Positions 13,321 through 26,900 are shown, numbered from the stretch's first letter. The stretch: 64,000 nt of DNA from Tricharina praecox (GCF_024521635.1 NW_026250415.1:124001-188000), one strand, 5' to 3'. Translations and numbers: made by a program. Notes: generated by a model not told the origin, from the sequence alone.

Positions 13321-14728
13321 TTAAACAGCCAACCCCTTTATCTTTCCCTCCAGGCTCCTCCACTCACCGGTCTTGACCATATCCACCAGCCCCGCCATAA
13401 TCTCTGCGCCTTTCACGAAATCCTCTTCGTCCAGATACACCTGCCCCGAGACGCGCGTCCAGAACACGCCCTTGTACAGATAAACCGCCACATAGGTCCC
13501 ATGGGCATCCAAACTATCCGTCAAGAAGGTGACCACCTCACCTCTCAAGCTCTCCTCGACCTCATGGAGTTCCAACGGCAAGCGGATGTTAAACATCGCC
13601 ACCTCCCCCGCCCCATAGCTAGGCATGATGTCGGTTCCCAGCCGCTGACGGAAGATCTCCGCGCCCTTTCTCGCAATGTCCCAGGTGTACTGCATGATCT
13701 TCTGCTCACCACCCAGTCTCTCGCGCACAGCGATAGCCGCCGGAACGGACAGATAGCCACTGGAGTCAACCGTTCCCACAAACGTAAACATCTTCGCCCA
13801 ACCCACGTCGCCCTCGATCTGCGGGAGCGGCGAGATCACTGCTCCCCCGGTCTTCGGCACAAATCCCCAACTAGTCGGCAGCGTGCTGCGGATCAAGCTC
13901 TGGTTCCGCTCGGGCACGTACAGGAACGCGCAGCCGCGCGGCGCATACAGCCACTTGTGGCAGTTGCTGGTGAAGAAGTCTGCGTCGAGCGCCTGCATGT
14001 CGAGCGGCATCTGGCCGACGCTGTGGGCGGCATCGACGAGCGACAGGATGTGGTGCTTCTTACAGGCGGCGACGAGGCGCTCGAAGGGGAGGCGCACGCC
14101 GGGGAGGGAGACGATGGCGTCGAAGACGGCGAGCTTCACGGTGCCGGCGGCGGCGGTGATCGTCGCCTCGAACACGGAAAGGAGCGCGTCGTCCGTGATC
14201 GGGAGTTGCACTTCGACGCGGAGGGCTGAGGCGGCGGTCGACTCCGCGACGTACAGGACTGTGTTGCCGCATGCGCCGTAGATGAAGTCGAAGTAGAGGA
14301 TCTTGTCGCCGGGGGCCCACTCGAGGCCGCGGAGGACAATGTTGACGGCGGTGGTGGCATTGGGGACGAAGACGACGGTTGCGGGCGGTGCGTTGACGAG
14401 CTTGGCGAGGGCGCTGCGGGATTCGGCGAGGAGACGCGGGAGGTTTGTGCGGATGAAGGTGTCTGGGCGACGCTCGGAGAGGTGCTGGAAGTGCTGGTAG
14501 ACGCGGGTCACCGGTTCGGGACAGCTGCCGAAGGAGCCTGCGTATGTGTCACTTGGAGCGGAACTTGAATGGGGTGGAGAGCTGGTTACCATTGTTGAGG
14601 TTGATCCAGTCATCGTCGAACTGAAAGTACTTGCGCATCTCGCGGCCGAAGTTGGGAACGCCTTCCGCGGTGATGTCGGCGACAGCGAGCGAGACCGCAG
14701 TCTCCATTTCGACACCTTTCATAGCCAT
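13321..14728 (-). CDS. egt2: PLP-dependent class V aminotransferase-fold C-S lyase, hercynylcysteine sulfoxide lyase (Egt2)-like; exons 14728-14590, 14537-13321
   Basis: Spliced N-terminus FGREMRKYFQFDDDWINLNNGSFG. Motifs NATTAVN, VDAAHSVG, SNCHKW (PLP lysine), FVGTVD and RVSGQVYL. Confidence 0.85.
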
Positions 14729-17700
14729 TGTGTGTGTCGTTACTGGAGATCAACAACAATGGCGATGTCAATTCGACGACTCTTTAAGCTGGAAGGATCT
14801 GAGTCATCGGCGGGATATGTTCACTTCAATGGGAAGGAGAACGGAGAGCTTTCTAAGCCCCCGCTACGTGACGGACCCTACCCCCACCGCCAATCCCGAT
14901 ATGCGTCATTCCTGGCCCTGAGACCCTGAGCTTGTTCCGTAGAGCTTCTAGTGCCCATCCGACTTCGGATCCATGCATACCTACATAGAGCTCGGGAGTC
15001 GGGAGGTGCTATAATTGGACCAGGGCTGATTCTCGGGTGCGGACCGAATACGGGGACGGCCGAAGAGGTAGGTAATTGGAGCTCTCGATAGCGGTTTCTC
15101 TCGCTGGAACGCTGAGCTCTCCTGTATTGAGGTCCTACGGCGCATTGCTTAGCTGCAGCTATCGGTCCCACAGGCCGGGAGTTTAGGGTTCACAACTCCA
15201 CGTTCGTATTGATCTCGCATGTGCAGATTGTGGGGTGAACACTGAACAGTGGTTCGGCCGATGGCGGGGGTGGCTGGTTGTTAGTTAACCAAGTACTACA
15301 TAGTACCTAGGATGCACTCCTCCCCACATACGTCCACCCGCAATTCCTGGCAGCAACAGTAGATATTCTGTTCTGTGGCGCTCCAAACTTTGTGTTGTGA
15401 ACCATGCCAGTAGGCAATCTGTGCTCTCAATCGCTCCGTACCCACTTCGCTCCCCCACCCCCCTCGCCTGGGCGCGACTACTGGTAGCTCTCCATTTTGC
15501 TTCCATGCCGTACAACCACTTCTTTCGGTAGTCGCGACATGCAGTATCCACACCCACCCCGTTTCTTCTCTTGTAAGTGAGACCAACTCAACTTCCGGCC
15601 CAGAACATCAACGAGTAGTCTTCCCGCTCGCCGAGCCCACGCCGAGCCCACGCCGAGGAGCGACCGCGCGCACTATCTACAGTGACGACACGAGCACTCG
15701 GAAACACTCCGACACTCGGTGCGATGGCACGTAACCATCGCCACCGGCCCACAGCTACATACACCTCAGGAAACGCCTCTCCGTCAAAAATAAAACGTAA
15801 TCGATCGACGTTCACTGTCCACTGTCCACTGTCCACTGTCCACCGATCTCGATTCTCCGGTCGGATGGGGTGGCGGCGCGCAGAAGGGCGAGAAAGCCGT
15901 GAAACTATCTCGATTGTATGTAGGCTTTGATCGTGCAGATTTCATCGTCCTTGACTCCTTGAGAGGGCGGAGTGGTTGTGTGGGACGCGGGATGACTGGT
16001 ACTACATAGAGTAGAGTAGGTACTTGGTCGAGGCCATTGGGTACCAACTCTTGTATGTAGGACAAAGGTCTTGCCAAGTGAACCAGAGTTGGTTTGTAAC
16101 ACACGCACAGCACCTGCTAACAGACCACGGAGCTCGATAGCTGGGTGATCGCCGTTCCCGAGACCTGGGAAATGGGGGAGCGGCAGAACATGGTGGGGAA
16201 GAGGAGGAGGAAGAGGAGGAGGAAAAGGCAATAACGGTCAGGACGGCAGCCGGAAAGGCCATTGAGGCCAACATCAGCTCAAGGGGCAGAAACAAGCCCG
16301 GGAAGAAGGCTCGTGAACTCAAGTTTGAGCTTGCGCTTGCGCTTGAGCTTGGAGTCAGGACTCAGAACGAGTGTCAAGCGGAGCAAGGAGCAAACTCCGG
16401 GCACAGATCTGTGAACTCGAATCCCTGGATATGGCGGGGGAATACCGCAGAATTTTGCACTGTTCCTATGTTGAATAGTGAGTACTGTATAATCAGGGGG
16501 GCTGAGAGGGGCCTGGAGGTTTGGTGGGATTTTATGCCATCGATACGGTACTGAGAACGGTCGCGTAGGTACTTAGAAAAAACGTACTGCAGAATGCTTC
16601 GGTGACACCCGTTTTTCCACCTCCCAAACCCGGCAACCCGGCCAAAAAGCATATTCGCCATGCAGCACCAATCGATCGATCGTGAATACCATATCGATAG
16701 CATAAGTTCTAGGTACCCCGCTTTGACTGTATGTACAATACAGCGGTAACTGCCTGACCCGTGGATGAACACGATAGATTAACTGCTAACTACCTAACCA
16801 ACAGCGTGTGATCACAGTGCCCACCTGGATCGCCCAAAGGAGAGCTGGAAACTAGAGCAAAGATCACGGCACGTTGGCGCCCCGCGCTCCAAAGCAGCCG
16901 AAATTATCTTGATTCTTACCAGGGGTTTCTCGGGGGGGCGACGATGTCCCCGTTTGTCGGGTGCCGTGAAAGCACGGGTGATTGGCAGTGACGCGTCGTC
17001 GCCTAACTGCGAAATCAATAAGTACGAGACCTTGCAGTGTCAGCCAGTTTCCATCCAATCGACTCAAGAAAGGGCCATCGGTATTGATCCTCAAGCATTG
17101 GACATCCGACGCGACGACCATACGTGCCGATCCTGTGAACTGCGGCCTGGAAACAGAAACTATCGAGAGGAAAAGAAAATCCCCACATTGCCAAAATTAC
17201 TGATTCCAACGCCGTGGTGTTGCTATAGGTACTAGGTAGTACCCCGCATGTTCAGGTACGTGGCGCCCTCCATGAGCAATCGGTCACAGTGGCAATGGCT
17301 TCTGTACGAATCAGACCATCGCTTTTGGCCCCCGTATGTAGCTCTGAGTCGACTCTTCGCAGGCATACTCTTCTCTAGTTAGTACTTGTGTAGAGTGCCT
17401 GTGTACTACGGTGGTATAGGTACTATATCTGGCTCTGTGGTTAGAAACTTGGGAAGTTGGGATGGCTTTACTGCGCACGTCTTGTCCGCCTGCGGTTGGT
17501 GTTCAGGGGCGTGCTTCGCTGCGCAATGGTCCAGCCTATCAGCAGCCAGCTGGAGTTACACCAAAGCCCGGCTCCCTCGCCAAACTGGCCAACCGAAAGG
17601 CTTGATTTTTGTGGAAATCCACAGAAAGTCCTGTCTCGGCCGCATGTTGCCGGTGTATGTACGCATGCAGAAGCTGTGCCTAATCGTCACAAATAGTTAC

Positions 17701-17850
17701 CTTGCCTGAGTGTTTTCGTAACTACTCTTTGTACATATAAGGGCCCGTCCGGCCCGTCCGGTGCGTCCGTTCTCGCCGTCGCTCCACCACCACCACCATC
17801 AACAGCTCGTCCGTCAAAGCCATTCTCGACATCTCGAAAATTTCCTCACA

Positions 17851-18573
17851 ATGACTCGCACCATCCCGCTCCTAATCTCCTTCGCCGCACTGGCGGCGTG
17901 CCAGTGAGTCCACAAGTGCCCCCACCCCCCAATCCGTTCCACGAGTGTTGACACGGCCAGAAACAACGCCGTCATCACGTCACTCGTCTCGAAAATCTCA
18001 ACGGCATACACCAACGACCCGGGCTGGAGCTCGTTCTCGTCGGCCCGAACCTCATTCCGCGCCGAGTACTACAGCACACAGACATACTACGAGGACGGGC
18101 CGGAGTTCGCCCCGTCGGTCCTCTCCGTCATCAGCACCGCCACCAATTCGGCCGAGGTATACTCCAGCATCAAGTCCGCGTCGTCCGCGGCGGTCGACGA
18201 GTACCTCTCCATCTACGTCGACTTCGTGTCCACGCAGTCGTACCTGCAGGGGAGTGCCCGCACTGGCCTCCACAGCGATCTGGTCGTGCTCACTGAAATA
18301 TTCGCCGCCGCTACCAACACCGGCGGCGGCAGCGGTGAGGGCGAGGCGAGCCAGACGGCCACCGCCTCGGGCTCGGGCTCGGCAAACACAACGCCCACCC
18401 CTCGCGTCATAGTATCGGTCTCGACCGCAATCGTCACGTCGACTCGAGCCTCGCCGACGCCAGCCGCCACATCGACGCCAACACCAACGGGTGCTGCTGC
18501 GGCGGCGGTTGGTGGTTCTGGGGTGCTTGTGGGGGCTGTGGCTGGTCTGGTCGCTCTGGTTGGACTGCTGTAA
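17851..18573 (+). CDS. Secreted, probably GPI-anchored Ser/Thr-rich cell-surface protein; exons 17851-17903, 17961-18573
   Basis: Signal peptide MTRTIPLLISFAALAAC, GTGAGT..CAG intron, S/T-rich stalk and hydrophobic C-terminus VLVGAVAGLVALVGLL. TATAA at ~17736. Confidence 0.8.
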
Positions 18574-19808
18574 AGAGTGTGCACATTTTCAAAACACTTA
18601 ATCGTTAATGTCTGGATGATATCGTATGTAAGCCTTTTTATATGTATATATATATGTGCTCAATCAAGTCGTACCTACTACCGAAGAGGCACGCGCTGTG
18701 GTTTCGCGCAAAGAATTGATGTGTTCCGTCGTTGTAGCGTTGCTCCATATCGCGAACTATCAGTCTATCACCCTGTGCCATTATTATTAATCCTGCAGGC
18801 GGGAGGCGCTCGCTTCTGTGCTTGCAGCCCACCAATCAAACCTGAGCATGGCCCCTGATCGCTCCTTCTCATCCTATGTATTGTACACGGGGGATCATTC
18901 GTTGCCACTTGCCTGTGGTTAGATAGTATACCGATTCAATGCTACTCCAGATTCGAGAAAACACTTCACATATAGGTAGTACCTACCTAGGTAGGTGCAG
19001 CCCAGCCGCGGGCATTCGTTAGGCCTGGCGAACCACACGGATGATGGACGACCCACCATTTGCGACTCCGAGCTCGTGCTGCTCGGTCCTGTTGTGTACT
19101 CTACATCAAGCACAGGTAGCAACCATGGTTATCGAAAGGTCGATCTACGTACCACCATAGCCCGTGATCATGCGAAAGCAAATGCTCGAGCTCTGTGACA
19201 GTGATTGTGAGCCCGAGCTGGCTCCAGTGCTCCACCCTATTTTCGGGCTGGTGTCATGAAGTAGGTACATGCGATGTCACTCGACGAATCCAAATTTCGG
19301 TCTGAAGAGTCCGAGAAAAGCCGAAGGTCATCAGTAGTACTACCGCACAAATTTGTAACCAGCAGTCTCAGGAGAATACAGATTTAACTTAGTATATGTT
19401 TTTTCCTATAGTCTCAATTCTACAGTATCGAAAAATTATACGCAGTGTTGTAAAGATCTATTCCTATAAAGGGCAGTGGTGTGGCATTTTGCGGTGGCTG
19501 GTGTGGGGTTTTACGGTAGCCGGTGTAGCGTTTCATGGTGGCGATTTCCGTGGCTCAACCCTATGTTTCCGACCGTCGGATTTTGGAGCGAAGCGACTGC
19601 CCAGCCCTAATATTTTGGAGCGGAGCCGTGGAGGAGCTTTAGCGACGATACTGCGGAGCGACTGCGCTGCCGTTACACTTCTAGATTTGTAGATCTCCGT
19701 GAACTCTAATAGAATGGAATTTATCAGGATAGTAGTGCTAAGCGATGAAGTGCTTCACGACCTCAACCCGCTACCTTCTCTCTTGGCTACTTCAGAACAC
19801 TACAAGGC

Positions 19809-20270
19809 GTGGAAGCAGATACTCAGCCTCTGTTTCAAGATCGCATTTCGAATGATGCCGCAGAAGTTATGATGCCACTAGATCTACAGATTGAACCGAC
19901 TGTACCTGCTCCAGCTCACTCTGGCGATGATACCGCGTATTGCAGAACCTGCCGTCAATCACTTTCCGTCATTGCGTTTGCTTTCTGGAAACCTGGAGTA
20001 CGATACAAAGAGTGTAATGGTTGTGGAGCGCGCGACGCCCAACGCACGGCAAATACTACCAGCCGGCCTGGTCCAAGCAGGCTTCTCGATCCGATTCAGG
20101 CACTACCAACAGCACGGCAGTGGCTGCTAGGAGCAAATCTACCTTTACGCCATACGCTCTCCGGTCTCACTTATGGGTGCTCAGGGTGCAAAGCACTTCA
20201 CTTCTTGGAAGAAAAGCTCGCTGCTTCTTCTATGAGGCGCCCAAAATTCAGCAAGTATTGCAACGTACAT
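19809..20270 (+). mobile_element. Helitron Rep/helicase N-terminal relic
   Basis: RHTLSGLTYGCSGCKALHFLEEKLAASSMRRPKFSKYC matches the RHxLGxMxxxCxxCxALHxxxE...KFxxCC zinc-binding motif at the start of fungal Helitron RepHel proteins. Rep and helicase cores are absent. Confidence 0.65.
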
Positions 20271-20997
20271 ACTTATGACTTTACATTAAGTGGCGCTGGC
20301 TTAATGACCACACACCGTGTGGTCGCCACACGGATGTTTACTAGTACGCTTACTAAAAAGCCGGAAGCTCTTCTGCAGTTTCTCCGAATGCAAAATACTA
20401 CGCATTGTCCAGAATAGCAGAGAACTACCAGAGAACTGCCCTATTCGCACAACAACGTGGTGCAGAGAAAACGCTGTCATGCTAACCAAGTAGTTGCTAG
20501 ACTGTAGTAAAATTACGACGACAAAAGTCCGACGGAAGAAATGCGGTACTGAGCAGAATATTCCCGTCACTAAATTCGGTATACATATGGTAGACACCCT
20601 CTAGTTTCAACAATACGTACTGTGAGTAAGACGTGGTGTACGCAAACAAACATTAACTGCATTATTTATCATGACGTATCACTCGCTTCACGCATTCTTG
20701 TCTATTCGGAATTCGGTCTAGACTATGTCCAAAAAAAGAGACACAATTACAGAGCGCCACACTCTACGCTCAGCCGCAGGACATCACAGACATGCTACGG
20801 ATATGTATTGTACTGCGTGGCTTTGGAAGGGATCTTCAATGGTTGGTTACACCGTTGCACTGTGTTACGATTTATCTGTCCTGTGATTCGTTACTCTGTC
20901 TACACACCGGCGGCACGGCAGCAGTGGGGTAACGGGCTCGCCAGTCGTACGTGCGCAATAGGCACCATGCACCATCGTCTTCCTGCTATTCCCCTCA

Positions 20998-23244
20998 ATG
21001 TCGAGCCCCGTCACACATTATCGTCCCAAGTCCATCATCGCACCCGCTTCCACCAAGACCACAGAACTTCAAGTTGGTACCAGTATGATGGATATGTTGG
21101 CTCCTTACATGCCTTCCATGCAGCCCGGTAAGATCTTCCGTCGATGTCTCAGCTGCGCGGTATCCTAACGGTTGCATCTACATACGGCACAGGCATGGGG
21201 TACGTTTCAACTCCCGGCACAGCGAGTTTCCGCTGCTGACGCAACACCCGCCATCGGTACTGTAGATACAACTCGTTTCTTCAGGAGACGTGTATGGCCG
21301 ATGCCGTCACGGTCGGGGAGGCGTCGCGGGGTCCACAGTCCACCAACTACAGCTGCAAGCTCGTGGAGAACTACAGGTGCGGACCTCAATGCTACATACA
21401 GGCTACAGCCAATGTCGATTCCTCAGCTAATGAGCCTCGACTCAGAGATATTTTCTCGTCGCAACATATCAGCCCCGGCGCGGTCATCAAACACGGACTC
21501 GCTAGTGTGTCCTCGAGGTTTTCGTTTTTCAGCCAGAAAAAGGCACGCAGGCTGGCGGAAAGTGCTCTGATATCTGATCGCTTGGGGCTGACGCTTAAGG
21601 CCGGTATGCGCAGTTTGGAGAAGGCACCCTCAACTATGTCATCACCTCGTCCATCCGGCAACGGCACGTCTGGGACCACGTGGAGTTTCAGTATCTGAAG
21701 GCTGAGAATAGGAGCGATAGAATGCTCTACGGTGACTGCTTCATCAGAGGAAAGCGATTTGTGATCGTGGGGCGGTACACTACTAGTAGTTCCTGACACC
21801 CTGCGTAGGGTTTATCGAGGGAACCGAACTTATGGTGGTCGTGTCGTTGACCGCTAAGAAGGGGATCAATGTATCTGAGCTGCAAAGATTGTACGTTTCT
21901 CCTAGCTTCTGGATATGCAAATACCTGTCCCTTCAACCACTGATCAGATGGAACAGTGCAGGCCCAGCACTTGGTGTTCGAAACTTTGGTATCAGGGGAG
22001 TAGCAGCAGCGGATGTCGAGTTCAGCGAAGCAGTGGCGAAACTGAAGCAAATGACATCCTCCAGCGAGGTTTCCGTTGTCGCACAAGCAGGAGGTGTGCA
22101 ATGCGGTGAACTGGACTTGGAGGGTCTGCCACAATATCTGGCTCGCTTCGATGAGAGCTCGAAACTGAAGCTGGTTCCAACTAGACTTTTGTGAGAAGAC
22201 TCGATCCAATACCCTGCATTTGCTGCCGCTTGCTGATCGTAATGTGCTGATGCCGAGTAGTGCAGTCCTCACTCGGTATCGCGAGTTGAGAAGCTTCAAC
22301 GAAGCTTCAATCGGTTTCAAACCGCTCGACTATCAGATCCTCGCGATGCGGTCGACGGTGAGTATGATTCCATCCGGTAGAGAGTGTGACTGAGTAGAGT
22401 ATGTACAACAGACATATCGTATGTTGGATGCCTACCTCGAGTATCAGTTACTGTATTCTCTACTCAAGACATGTATTGAAACCTAAAAAATACCTTTTTC
22501 GTCGCTAACTACCTACATAAAGACCGCCAAACACCGGATATCTTAGTCGGCGGTTCGGTAGCCTTGAGCAACGGCATAGCTGCCTGCGAAAATGAACTGG
22601 AGGTTCTTCAAACAAACGTACGAAATTCTTCCCCTATCACTATCAGTACCTACTTAGATGAGCAAAGTTGCTTTATCGTACGATACTAATGACGCATAAC
22701 GTGGTTAGGTTAATCAAGCAGCGCTCCTACCGGAAAGCGATGTGGTCTCGCCATACATGAAGCCCTCTGAATTCAATTCCAAATTTCCTATGGTAGCTAC
22801 TACATCTAACACCCAATCCTAAGCTTTACGCTCGGATATGCCCTGACATACTAGGAGGAGCTGCACACCGTCACCGTGTATGCAGGCGAAGCGTTCCAAC
22901 CGCACCGCTGCCTGTTCTCACGACAGCCCGTAGATCACAGCGGCTGGACGGCGCGGACAAGCTTCAAAGCGTACCTATATCCCAACATCTGTGGCGCGAC
23001 CGTCCGAGTATCGGTGGCTCATGCCCAGACGCCCCACCGAACGATGGTCCAATTTGGCGAGCCACTGAATCACTCCGGGTGGAAGGAGATCCTATCGTTC
23101 TACGTGTTTGAGCGCGAACAAGAGGATTCCGAGCTGGTTTCGATTGGCGAGGCTCCGTCGCCTCATCGTTGCATGGTGTCTAAGGACACGCATCTAAACT
23201 TTCTTGGGTGGACGGAGAAGTTGCACTTCTGGGTTCCTAAATGA
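20998..23244 (+). CDS. Putative MACPF/CDC-like pore-forming protein with C-terminal 3x ~45-aa repeat (~510 aa); exons 20998-21127, 21193-21199, 21266-21376, 21446-21542, 21614-21749, 21809-21890, 21948-22190, 22261-22357, 22412-22472, 22523-22617, 22709-22792, 22855-23244
   Basis: Hand-spliced exons total 1533 nt in one open frame: LAPYMPSMQPGMGYNSFLQETCMADAV...TLNYVI...YGDCFIRGFIEG...AVLTRYRELRSF...FKPLDY. The model needs one GC donor (21543) and one GA donor (21750). The 21948 acceptor could instead be 21957. Confidence 0.65.
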
Positions 23245-23924
23245 TATCGAAGACGGATTTCTCCGTAGTGCCATCCACCACTCGACCGTTAAGGGGATGT
23301 GTCACAGTATAGGACTGGTCGTGTCGTACCTATCTCACTCACTATGGTTCGATGCGATAATGGGGACAATGCGTGTGAAATAGCTAGAACATGGCAAGTG
23401 CGTTATCCTGGTCCTGTTCAAAATCCCGTGTACCTCGTAGATATGCGACATGTAGGTACCGTATCGTGTGTTCGATCTCGAAGAATGTGTTGCAATATAT
23501 TAGTCACGGGTATTTACCCTATCGTCTATACTTTCGGAGGCTCTCGGCTTCTCTCCTCAATCATATTCCTCATCATTCACAACGGAGTTGCGGTGGGCGA
23601 GTATGAGTGACCGCTAGTGCAACGGAAGGAGCCGATAATGTTCCGGTCGAGTGCATGTAGGTGACTCGGCATGCGGCTCTTTTTTTTCTTGGATGTTGTC
23701 CTTGTGTCATCTCCTTTCTTTCGTCAACGTGTTCCTCTTTGCCGACAGAGAGGACCTGCGGCCTACAAATCCCTTCCCTTATCCCATTTGTCTTCCGTTC
23801 CTCATTACTTTCGGTCTCTGTCACCGAACCCTCTTCTTCCACGGGCTGTACCTTTCGAGCTTGTCACGGTCAAGGAGCTTGAGCTCAGAGACTGGTGAAA
23901 GCCTTTTTCCACATTACCGCCACC

Positions 23925-26900
23925 ATGTCAGTCTGCCCGCCGCACACTCCCTCCTCCGGACCTTGGAGAGATCACATATTGACACAGTCCTCTTCCAGGC
24001 CGGCGCTCGTAGATTCCCCACAGATCGCTTCAGCGTCGCTTCTAAATCCATTACCGCCGTTATTACGATTGTACAACTGGCCGTTCCTCGCCGCATACCC
24101 TGCGTTCTTCAGCTTCTATCTCCGCCAGGAGACCTACGATAAACATATACAGAGCCAGGAATGGACGGTCCTCTACTTCGGCACCATATTGACGGTCCAA
24201 GCGCTCATATGGCTGGGATGTCACTGGAGTATAGGCTGGAGAGCTATGGCGACGGGCAGCAAGGTATGGAACGCACGGCGTCTCCTGCGGCGCGAGACCG
24301 GAAGAACAAAATTCGCTGCGAGTCGATGGTGTGCTGATACGGGTTGTAGGCTACACGAGTGGAGGACGCGAAACAGATCAAGGTCATCCCGGTGGCGAAC
24401 TCCGGTGCTGCCGACATTTGCAATCTGATTCACGATAAGGTTCGTTGTCCCCTCGCATCGCGTCTCTCATTTTGGTGCTGATGTGCTGCGTGGGGGGTCT
24501 GTAGTCTGGGGGTAAGGATGAGATTTCTTTTCTTTTCCAGAAGCGTCGCTACATCTACAACCCCGAAACTGGTTCCTTTGCGCCTCTCGTCTACCCGATC
24601 GATGCTGCTCCTACGCTCTCCCAGTTCCAGCTATCCAAGGGTCTTCAGAGCGACAAGGTGATCAATCACCTGCTTCACCACTATGGCGACAATACGTTCG
24701 ATATCCCGGTTCCCACGTTCTCGGAGCTCTTCCAGGAGCACGCGGTCGCACCTTTCTTCGTCTTCCAGATCTTCTGTGTCGGTCTTTGGTGCTTGGATGA
24801 ATTCTGGTACTATTCGCTCTTCACGCTGTTCATGCTGGTCGCCTTCGAATCTACGGTTGTCTGGCAGCGTCAGAGGACACTCACCGAGTTCCGTGGAATG
24901 AGCATTAAGCCGTACGATCTCTGGGTGTTCCGCTGCGGAAAATGGACCGAGATCCAGAGCGACAAGCTTCTTCCGGGCGATTTGGTCTCTGTCGGTCGCA
25001 CGAAGGAGGACTCCGGTATTGCCTGTGATATGGTCCTGCTCTCCGGAACGGTGATCGTCAACGAGGCTATGCTTTCTGGAGAGTCCACGCCGCTTCTGAA
25101 GGATTCCATCGCGCTCCGCGCTGGCGATGCTACCCTTGAGCCCGAAGGAATGGACAAGAACTCGCTGCTCTACGGCGGTACCAAGGTCCTGCAGATCACC
25201 CACAACACGGCAAACGAGGAGGAGTCAATTTCGGCAAGTAGAAACGGTGTTCCCACTCCTCCCGATAATGGCGGTTTGGCTGTCGTTACGCGTACTGGAT
25301 TCGAGACCTCGCAAGGTTCCCTCGTCCGCACCATGATCTATTCGACGGAGCGTGTCTCGGCCAACAACGCCGAGGCGCTGCTGTTCATCCTGTTCCTTCT
25401 CATGTTCGCCATCGCCGCGAGTTGGTACGTCTGGACCGAAGGTGTCATCAAGGACCGCAAGAGGAGCAAGCTGTTGCTCGATTGTGTTCTCATCATCACG
25501 TCTGTTGTTCCCCCGGAGCTGCCTATGGAGCTGTCTCTGGCGGTCAACACGTCTCTCGCGGCACTTGGAAAGTACGCGATTTACTGCACCGAGCCGTTCC
25601 GCATTCCGTTCGCCGGACGCGTCGACATTTGCTGCTTCGATAAGACTGGCACCTTGACCGGTGAAGATCTCGTCGTTGAGGGTATTGCCGGCATTGGCCC
25701 GAAGGGTGACCACAAGCAGTTGAAGAAGGTCGAGACCGCTGGACTAGAGACCACCTTTGTCCTTGCCACCGCCCACGCCCTTGTCAAGCTCGACGAGGGC
25801 GAGATCGTCGGAGATCCCATGGAGAAGGCCACCCTTCAAGCTCTCGGATGGACTCTCGGTGCCCGCGATACTCTCACATCCAAGGCAACCACGCAGATTC
25901 CCGGCAAGGGTTTTGCCGTCGCCTCTGGTGTTGTTCAGATCAAGCGTCGTTTCCAGTTCTCTTCCGCGCTTAAGCGCCAGTCCTCCGTCGCCACAATCAT
26001 GGTCGCCGGCGGTAAGAAAGCCACTTTCGTCGGAGTCAAGGGTGCCCCCGAGACGATCCGCAAAATGCTCACGCATGTGCCGGACGACTACGAGGACACC
26101 TTCAAGTACTTCACTCGCATGGGATCCCGTGTCCTCGCGCTGGGCTACAAGCAGGTGACTACCGACGGCGAGATGAGCATCCAGAGGGTCAATAGCCTTA
26201 GCCGCGAGGAGGTCGAGTGCGATCTTACTTTTGCTGGTTTCTTGGTCCTCAGCTGCCCGCTCAAGGATGATGCGAAGAAGTCCGTCCGCATGTTGAATGA
26301 GAGCTCGCACAGGGTTGTCATGATCACTGGTGATAACCCACTTACTGCCGTCCACGTTGCCAGGGAAGTCGAGATCGTTGATCGCGATGTTTTGATCTTG
26401 GACGCGCCTGAGGATGAGAACTCGCCACACGAGTTGGTGTGGAGGAGTGTCGATGAGACCATCATCATTCCCGTCAAGGCATTAGACCCCCTGGACCCGA
26501 AGATTCTGAGGGATAATGATATCTGCATCACTGGATACGCGTTGAGCAAGGTCCAGGATCAGCCTTATCTTGTCCAGCTCTTGAAGCACACGTGGGTTTA
26601 CGCTCGTGTCTCGCCCGTTCAGAAGGTATGTTCCACTCGCGTGGAAAATTACGAGATGATGATGCTGATGCTAATCTTCTTTACAGGAATTCATTCTCAC
26701 CGTCCTCAAAGATGCCGGATACACCACGCTCATGTGCGGAGACGGAACCAACGACGTCGGTGCCCTCAAGCAAGCGCACGTCGGAGTCGCCCTCCTCAAC
26801 GGATCCGAAGAAGACCTCCAGAAGATCGCCGAGCACTACCGCGTGACCAAGTTCAAGGAGATGTACGAGAAGCAGGTTTCGATCACCAAGCGTTTCAACC

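Noticed and set aside
13321-14728. Possible ergothioneine or loline gene cluster
   Set aside because: No egt1 or lol-type neighbours in the window; a standalone egt2 is normal.
15900-16500. Acceptor-like site followed by a Glu-rich frame
   Set aside because: No coherent gene model or motif could be built.
21392-22320. Minus-strand ORFs of 135 and 197 aa
   Set aside because: Shadows of the spliced plus-strand MACPF-like gene.
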